32,000 nt of DNA from Candidatus Hodarchaeota archaeon (GTDB lineage: Archaea > Asgardarchaeota > Heimdallarchaeia > Hodarchaeales > Hodarchaeaceae), in NCBI GenBank assembly GCA_048887065.1, contig JBHLKC010000011.1, positions 1 to 32,000 on the forward strand. The letters run 5' to 3'. Positions 26,600 to 32,000 of this stretch are shown piece after piece. A program made the position numbers and the translations under genes. Below the pieces are notes generated by a model, which saw nothing but the letters and a program-made list of their open reading frames with translations, did not search any database and was not told where the DNA came from. The first letter of the stretch is position 1. Each line of letters opens with the position of its first letter.

Positions 26600-28507
26600 A
26601 TGGTGGATCAAAAAAGGAATAAAGAAGATATTACAGCTCACGGAATCCAATCATCAGTCATAATTGATTATGAAAGAAATATCATAAGAAAACCAATTGA
26701 GTCTACAGAGATCGAAAATTTCATAGATCTCTGGAACAAATATGTTCTTGAAGGAGGAAACGTAACTAGTGAGATGAAAGACGCATTTAACGAAATATTT
26801 GAAAAAACTAATTTTCAATTAATAAGAAAACGGAAAATTAAGATAAATGCTGAATGGTTAATAGATAATTTGGGAGATTTTCCTTCGATAATTCTTGACC
26901 AATTAAATGTTAAGAATAATCCCTTTACGTTTCACAATTGGTGGTTAAAAGCAAAAACATTAGATTTAGAGGCACCTTTTTACTTTGTAAATGAAGGAAA
27001 TGAAACTTATCTTATTATGCATATAAAGAAGTATTTTTCAGATGGTTCAGGTAAATCCAGATCGCGATCAGCTGAAATCCGTAGAAAATTCGTGGATTTT
27101 TGTGCCTTTCCAATATTCAAAGGTCCATTAAAAAAAGGGATTATTGACAGATTTAACTATCAATATGGGAGTAGATTGGGATATTTACAATTATCAGGAA
27201 AAGAGGTTAATACAGTATTTAAAATAAGATATGAGTTTAATTTGATTGATGATTTTCTTGCTTATACTTATTATTCAAAAATATCCTCAAATTATAGAAT
27301 TAAAACAAGATGGTTTATACATAATCATTATCTTTCTAAATCAGGTGATTTCCAGCATGAATTCAAGTATCAAATTGCTTATTCGGGGTTCCCAGGATCT
27401 GATTTTCGTTACACTACTTATATTGTTGATGAAAACAATGCTTTGCGTAAATTCATTCATGAACTATTGAATAATTACGAAATCCAGCAAACAATGACCA
27501 AACTAAAAATGAATCAGAATTCAAGATTTTCCTCTGGCAAAGTCTTTCATTTAGCTTTGAAGCAAAAATTCTCTGGTAAAATTGTTGACTTTGCACGGAA
27601 ATGGAATTTTCACAGATTTAATAATGCGTTAAAACTGAAATTTGAAATTGATGGAAAATTAAATGCGATTTATACTGCTGATAACGCAAAAAATCGTGGT
27701 AGATTTATATCTAATGATGCTACTATTTTTTTAAATGAGGATCGTAAGGGAAGTTTTTCACAATTTATTGAAGCTTTTTCAGAAGAACCTGGGGTAAGAA
27801 ACGCCCTGAATAAAAATCCTATTAATTTAGATCTTTTGCAGAAGGTAAATTCAAAAGGTATTGGGAAAATAACCAACTCAAATAAGACTATAGCAACAAT
27901 TCCTGACCTTTTAATTTGTTCTGAAGGGAGTGAAGTTATTGAATTTGGTTTATCAAAAAGATATAAAGGGTACTTGGGGGTGAAAAATAGCGGTAGGCAC
28001 CCAGAATTAGTGTTATCTGATATTATTAAATCCTTCATTGATCCAAATTGTGGTGTACGTCATTTAAATTTCGGAATATTTTCATATACTGATATTTTTA
28101 AAGATCCTTTGACTTCTCAAGGTTTACCGAAGTTTATGGTACAAGATCTTAAAAAGGCGGCAACTGGACTTTTATTAATAGGATATTGGAGCAATGGTCC
28201 TGACTGGATGTCTAGATTTGGTGAGATGTTTAATGCACTGAGAACATCTGCATTTAATTCTCATTCTTATTCACTCAAAGTTTCAGAAATTGTAGAAGCA
28301 AAAGAGAGAATGATGAGTAAACTTATTGGAAGAAATGACAAATTTTTGGGATTAGACTTGAAAGAGATTGATCTTCAACATTGGAACAAAATAATGGATA
28401 TTATCGAAGTAGGTACAATAACTTCTCTTTGGAAGTGGACCCTCAGTGTTGCTCTAAAATTTTTAGTTGGGTATTATGAATATGTTAAGGGATTAGAACC
28501 TAATTAA
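26600..28507 (+). CDS. hypothetical protein, 635 aa, no recognisable family
   Basis: A long uninterrupted ORF with an ATG start in a very AT-rich context. It has no TM segments, no signal peptide and no motifs I can assign. A PD...E...K-like stretch (IPDLLICSEGSEVIEFGLSK) does not fit canonical PD-(D/E)xK spacing. Confidence 0.45.
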   Translation: MVDQKRNKEDITAHGIQSSVIIDYERNIIRKPIESTEIENFIDLWNKYVLEGGNVTSEMKDAFNEIFEKTNFQLIRKRKIKINAEWLIDNLGDFPSIILDQLNVKNNPFTFHNWWLKAKTLDLEAPFYFVNEGNETYLIMHIKKYFSDGSGKSRSRSAEIRRKFVDFCAFPIFKGPLKKGIIDRFNYQYGSRLGYLQLSGKEVNTVFKIRYEFNLIDDFLAYTYYSKISSNYRIKTRWFIHNHYLSKSGDFQHEFKYQIAYSGFPGSDFRYTTYIVDENNALRKFIHELLNNYEIQQTMTKLKMNQNSRFSSGKVFHLALKQKFSGKIVDFARKWNFHRFNNALKLKFEIDGKLNAIYTADNAKNRGRFISNDATIFLNEDRKGSFSQFIEAFSEEPGVRNALNKNPINLDLLQKVNSKGIGKITNSNKTIATIPDLLICSEGSEVIEFGLSKRYKGYLGVKNSGRHPELVLSDIIKSFIDPNCGVRHLNFGIFSYTDIFKDPLTSQGLPKFMVQDLKKAATGLLLIGYWSNGPDWMSRFGEMFNALRTSAFNSHSYSLKVSEIVEAKERMMSKLIGRNDKFLGLDLKEIDLQHWNKIMDIIEVGTITSLWKWTLSVALKFLVGYYEYVKGLEPN

Positions 28508-29757
28508 ATATTACTTGATGATCTATACAAGCTCCAGTTATGAATCTACAAGAGCTCAATCCGTATATAATTCAAAGAAATATATTTTCAGTCATTATGA
28601 AGGAAAAAAATTTTCAGTAATCTTCAGCAACTTCATTTTGAATAAGGAGGTTAAATATGGTGTCACCATGCAAAGAGAGTATGAACGCCTGAGAGGATAT
28701 GAGAAACTGCCCAGTGCCGACTCAGGTAGACACCATAAATGACCAACCGCTCATCCCTCCCCAATAACCCTTAAAATCACCCAATTTTTAATTGTATTGT
28801 GTCTGACAATTTTTTCTGTTCTTCGTTTTTAGCTATTTTTTTTTATTGTTTTTCAAACCAAAATTTCTCTTTAAAATCTCAATAATCATCCTCATCTAAA
28901 TTTTCATTCATTATCTTCTCTACAACTTGAAGCCAGAAATCTTGGTCAATTTTATTCAAAAAATCTGTTCTATCTAATCCTTCCCATATTTTTACTACTT
29001 TTCTTCAGTCTCCACGCAATTATACTTCGAACTTTTTAATAATCTTAATGATTTAAACCTGTAACCCTTCCATAAAGTAACTGGTGTTTCAATAGTCAAT
29101 TAAATACCCGAGTTTCGTTCTGCTGAAAAAGAAGTAAGTCTTCAGAAATATTTCCTAAATACGTGATTATACCAGCAACTTAAGTCTTCCCTGTGAATAC
29201 TTACTGTGAGTGCTATTAAATAAGATTAATTAAGAATAGCTATGGAATCTGTCCTTTTAATTAACATATTATTTCCAGTAAAACTTTCAGACAATTCTAT
29301 CCAGTAAAATATTATGGTTCCTTGTTATAAATTGGCAGCTTAACAAAGTTATTAGATAGAAAAGAATCGTGTCTTTCTCTTTAGACCCACTAGAAATCGG
29401 GGTATATTATCTTACACTAACAGAATTAGTGATAAGAATGTACGCGAGACCGAATTCTTACCAATGTATCCACGAATGTATATACACCTCCTAGTTTCTT
29501 ACCAATAAAAAACAGCAATGTATATACATCTTACCAAGAAAGGATTTATTAAGTTGTTTTAACCAGAATATAGGTAGAGGAGAGAAATGTTTATGAATTC
29601 GTCCTGAAATTAAAAAGTGGTTAAAAAATGTGTCATATTTGAGACATTATTTCAAATTATCGTTAGAGGGAGATTTTAGAAATTTCATTGGCAATGAAAT
29701 AAATTTCATCGTTTTAAAGGTGTAAAACGCACCGATTTTTAATACCCTTGTATCTAA

Positions 29758-30042
29758 CTACTCCTTAAATTTGGATTTAACAGCCTGTTTATTTTTGGCC
29801 TTTCGTGCGTCAGTCATCATTTGTTCAAATAGCGCATCCAGCCACCAAATGTCCTCGAAGTTCATTTTAGCTCGATAGGCAATTATTTGTTAATCTTCAT
29901 CCTTAGTTCCAGGAGGGAGATCTATGAAAGTGATTGGTGATGAAATATCATTCTTACTGGCGGTTGGGCTTTTATAAAGCACAAAGGAAAATTTTTCCTC
30001 ATTTTCTTCGAAATCGTATTGAAGACCTTGTCGTTTGTAATT
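29758..30042 (-). pseudogene. frame-broken ORF remnant (unknown family) with internal TAA
   Basis: One minus-strand frame reads NYKRQGLQYDFEENEEKFSFVLYKSPTASKNDISSPITFIDLPPGTKDED-TAA-QIIAYRAKMNFEDIWWLDALFEQMMTDARKAKNKQAVKSKFKE-TAG. The internal stop is plus-strand TTA at 29890-29892. Confidence 0.3.
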
Positions 30043-30208
30043 TTAAAAGAAAATTCGATGATCTAGCCTCTGGAGAAAAACCAGGAAACATACAATCAAG
30101 GAGTATTCAAATGAGTATTCGTTGATAATCTCCTTTTATCAACTAGAACGGGGCTCACTAACACGAGGGTTTGATCCGAACGTTCAAAAATGAAGGAGTG
30201 AAATTTAC

Positions 30209-30763
30209 ATGATAAACGTATCAAAAATTACTAGAAATAAAGTCTTCGTTGGTTTAATATTATCTTTATTCTTAATCTTGTTGACCACCGAAGGATTTAG
30301 TGTCAATGCGGAACCACAGACTCCGCAAAGCGCATACGATTTAAAAAACCGCAATAATACCCCAAAAAAGGCAATGATAATAGATCCAACTGGAAAAACA
30401 GAGGGTTATATCTTAGAAGAGTTTTCTGACGATTTTTTTGAGTTAATGGGATCTAGAGATCAATCTTCTCGCCATTTCTACAATAAACGAACGGGGGCAT
30501 ATACTTACCAATCTGACCATTTAGTCCAGAAAGAGGGTGTATTTGAGGAGACAGCTTGGGTGACAGCTCAGGAATATCCATATCGGTTTATCTTACGATT
30601 GCGAAATGGTACGATGCAATTCTTTGAAGAAGCTTCTGACATTTCTACTTACCTAAACACGATTGAACGGGACTCTATTTGGGCTGTAGGTTTTGAGAGC
30701 TTTGCAGGAGTCATGGGGTTTTATCTAAACTTACAGGATTCAGTCCATGGACATGGACAATAG
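30209..30763 (+). CDS. secreted protein, N-terminal segment ending at an in-frame TAG
   Basis: A strong SD (GAAGGAGTG at 30192-30200) lies 8 nt before the ATG. The signal peptide/anchor is MINVSKITRNKVFVGLILSLFLILLTTEGFSVNA-EP. The ORF stops at TAG 30761-30763, but the same frame stays open to the window end. Confidence 0.6.
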   Translation: MINVSKITRNKVFVGLILSLFLILLTTEGFSVNAEPQTPQSAYDLKNRNNTPKKAMIIDPTGKTEGYILEEFSDDFFELMGSRDQSSRHFYNKRTGAYTYQSDHLVQKEGVFEETAWVTAQEYPYRFILRLRNGTMQFFEEASDISTYLNTIERDSIWAVGFESFAGVMGFYLNLQDSVHGHGQ

Positions 30764-30808
30764 CTATATTGGCCTCGGTTAAGCAGTGGGAAAATCTCTG
30801 CTTATAAT

Positions 30809-32000
30809 ATGCCACTCTATGCGATTTACCCGCATTTATACTTACACACAGGTGGACTTTGGTTGGATCAAATCCTTAGTGATCGTATTCTGTATTCAGG
30901 AGAGGGTCAGAATCCCCAAAAAACTTTAGAGTTCTATAATACCAGGACAGAGTTTGGAATGGCCTTTTCTTTAACGAGAGTTACAATTCAAGACACAATA
31001 TGGAATATAAAGCATGGATTTAAGTATCGAATGGAAGATCGACTCTATCACATGATTACAGAACTTGAATGTATTGATCATGATTTTGAGGACATCGGGT
31101 TAGTCTATGAGATTACATCTTCCCCTCAAAGCGATGATACTCTTTATAAACCAGCACGATTTGCCATTGAAAATGAGCTTGAAGGAGTAGTAGTGTCAGC
31201 TCAAGAAACGTGGCAAGCAAGCCAATATTTTGAAGATTTCTATTCCCAAGTCGTAGTTATTTCTGAAAATAATGAACAAATTATGTTTGTTTTTGATGAC
31301 ATGGAGCAGGCAGGATTTACAGAACAATTTCTTAAGTTTGAAAATCAACAAATGCCTGATGGTAGCCTGAGAAAAGTCTTGGGTGCAGGAATGCACGGTT
31401 TAACGTCGTATTCAGCGGGTACAAGGCTTGAGATTGATCCTTCTATATCAGGTCTGAACACCACAGATAAATTGGACTTATTTGATCGTTATAATGTAGA
31501 CCAACAAACTTGGTCATACTATATAACTTCTAACCACATATATGTAGGCTGGGATTATTTTGGCTTTCCACCAGAGTACTTTGAATACAGAAATTCTGGA
31601 TTTATAACCTGGGATACAAACATTAATACTGCAATTGCTGGCATTGTCAATGATACCGTGACTTGTCAAGTGTACGTGTCAACGGAGAATGTCGAATCAG
31701 GCGAAGGGCTTAGTGCTACAGTGTATAATGTAGGGGGTAATCCAAGTGACGTCTGCATGGAAAATAGTACCAGTTGGGAAAATGGGACAAAAACAACCGA
31801 AGATGCTGTTTTACTTAATCCAGGTACAGGATGGCGTACGCTTGATTCAACTAAAATGGAGAGATTACTTGAATTTTGGGCGGATGAACGTGCTACCTCG
31901 ACTGATCTTATGAGCTTTCGCTTGACTGAATATAACTGTGTTCGAGGAGAACATGATAGAATTAAAATGTATGATTCCTGTTGGTCGGGTGGTTCATATG
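30809..32000 (+). CDS. continuation or independent ORF of the secreted protein (3' end outside window; frame open from 30764)
   Basis: I checked codon by codon and found no stop in the frame of 30209 from 30764 to 32000 (412 codons). The first ATG is at 30809, with no SD-like element at proper spacing. It is Trp/Tyr/Asn-rich, like extracellular beta-rich proteins. Confidence 0.55.
   Translation, partial: MPLYAIYPHLYLHTGGLWLDQILSDRILYSGEGQNPQKTLEFYNTRTEFGMAFSLTRVTIQDTIWNIKHGFKYRMEDRLYHMITELECIDHDFEDIGLVYEITSSPQSDDTLYKPARFAIENELEGVVVSAQETWQASQYFEDFYSQVVVISENNEQIMFVFDDMEQAGFTEQFLKFENQQMPDGSLRKVLGAGMHGLTSYSAGTRLEIDPSISGLNTTDKLDLFDRYNVDQQTWSYYITSNHIYVGWDYFGFPPEYFEYRNSGFITWDTNINTAIAGIVNDTVTCQVYVSTENVESGEGLSATVYNVGGNPSDVCMENSTSWENGTKTTEDAVLLNPGTGWRTLDSTKMERLLEFWADERATSTDLMSFRLTEYNCVRGEHDRIKMYDSCWSGGSY

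Noticed and set aside
28690-28795. Locally GC-richer stretch (CTGCCCAGTGCCGACTCAGGTAGACACC...CCGCTCATCCCTCCCC) as a candidate ncRNA or tRNA fragment
   Set aside because: I could not build a cloverleaf or a stable conserved-looking fold on either strand. It overlaps the end of a doubtful 75-aa ORF (28515..28742).
29171-29195. TACCAGCAACTTAAGTC as a possible att-type direct repeat of the tRNA-Thr 5' region (TACCAACTAAGCC)
   Set aside because: It matches only with indels over about 13 nt, which is indistinguishable from chance in this composition.
30145-30186. GC-richer 40-nt element (GAACGGGGCTCACTAACACGAGGGTTTGATCCGAACGTTC) with 5-bp terminal inverted repeats and a T-arm-like GAGGGTTTGATCC, just upstream of the SD of 30209
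   Set aside because: It cannot be folded into a tRNA or a tRNA half, because no strand complements GAGGG. The stems are short (3-5 bp). It may be a 5'-UTR structure or a tRNA-fragment relic, but I cannot support either.
30761-30763. Genome-wide TAG reassignment (for example to pyrrolysine or Gln) as the explanation for the in-frame amber codon
   Set aside because: TAG ends three well-supported genes in this window (stops at 696-698, 15318-15320 and 22053-22055), each followed quickly by further stops. Site-specific recoding or pseudogenisation remains possible and is reported as a finding.
1-32000. CRISPR arrays, IS elements with terminal inverted repeats, integrase/transposase genes, and 16S/23S rRNA
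   Set aside because: I scanned all intergenic gaps by eye. I found no regularly spaced repeat-spacer array, no transposase or integrase motif series, and no large rRNA-like GC-rich segment. Long-range repeats could be missed without computation.

Overview
Visibly AT-rich archaeal chromosomal segment. Its gene content includes several eukaryote-like proteins: a NAT10/TmcA-type acetyltransferase, an SNM1/PSO2-like beta-CASP nuclease, a RING-type zinc-finger membrane protein, eL41, Cdc48 and a JAB/MPN protease. This suggests an Asgard/Lokiarchaeia-like organism, which I infer only from content and cannot verify. I support about 28 coding regions, two tRNAs and one 5S rRNA gene. Housekeeping blocks are pterin biosynthesis (PTPS + MptE-like), DNA/RNA nucleases (SNM1-like + MutS-like ATPase, aCPSF2-like RNase, RNase Z), a proteostasis cluster (Hsp20-Cdc48-PAC2-like-wHTH regulator), TmcA, lipid synthesis (CDP-alcohol phosphatidyltransferase), and thioredoxin + eL41. 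From about 24.7 kb to the end the window is a gene-poor accessory-looking part: a GT2 glycosyltransferase, tRNA-Thr, an orphan 635-aa ORF, about 1.5 kb of frame-broken ORF debris, and a secreted protein. The strongest finding is that the 5S rRNA gene (about 1662-1781) is circularly permuted. Its 3' half precedes its 5' half, the natural ends are capped by a 5-nt loop, and leader and trailer fold into a canonical bulge-helix-bulge (BHB) motif whose cleavage and ligation would restore the canonical loop C/helix III junction. Other notable points: tRNA-Thr(CGU) has a 31-nt BHB intron in the T-loop (59/60). Several conserved proteins extend upstream of any ATG/GTG/TTG start, twice with an ATA at ideal spacing from a GGAGG Shine-Dalgarno (SD) sequence. 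The TmcA frame is contiguous with the upstream wHTH gene across a single TAA. A signal-peptide ORF is interrupted by one in-frame TAG and followed by more than 410 open codons. All coordinates of RNA features were counted by hand. No database search or folding computation was possible.
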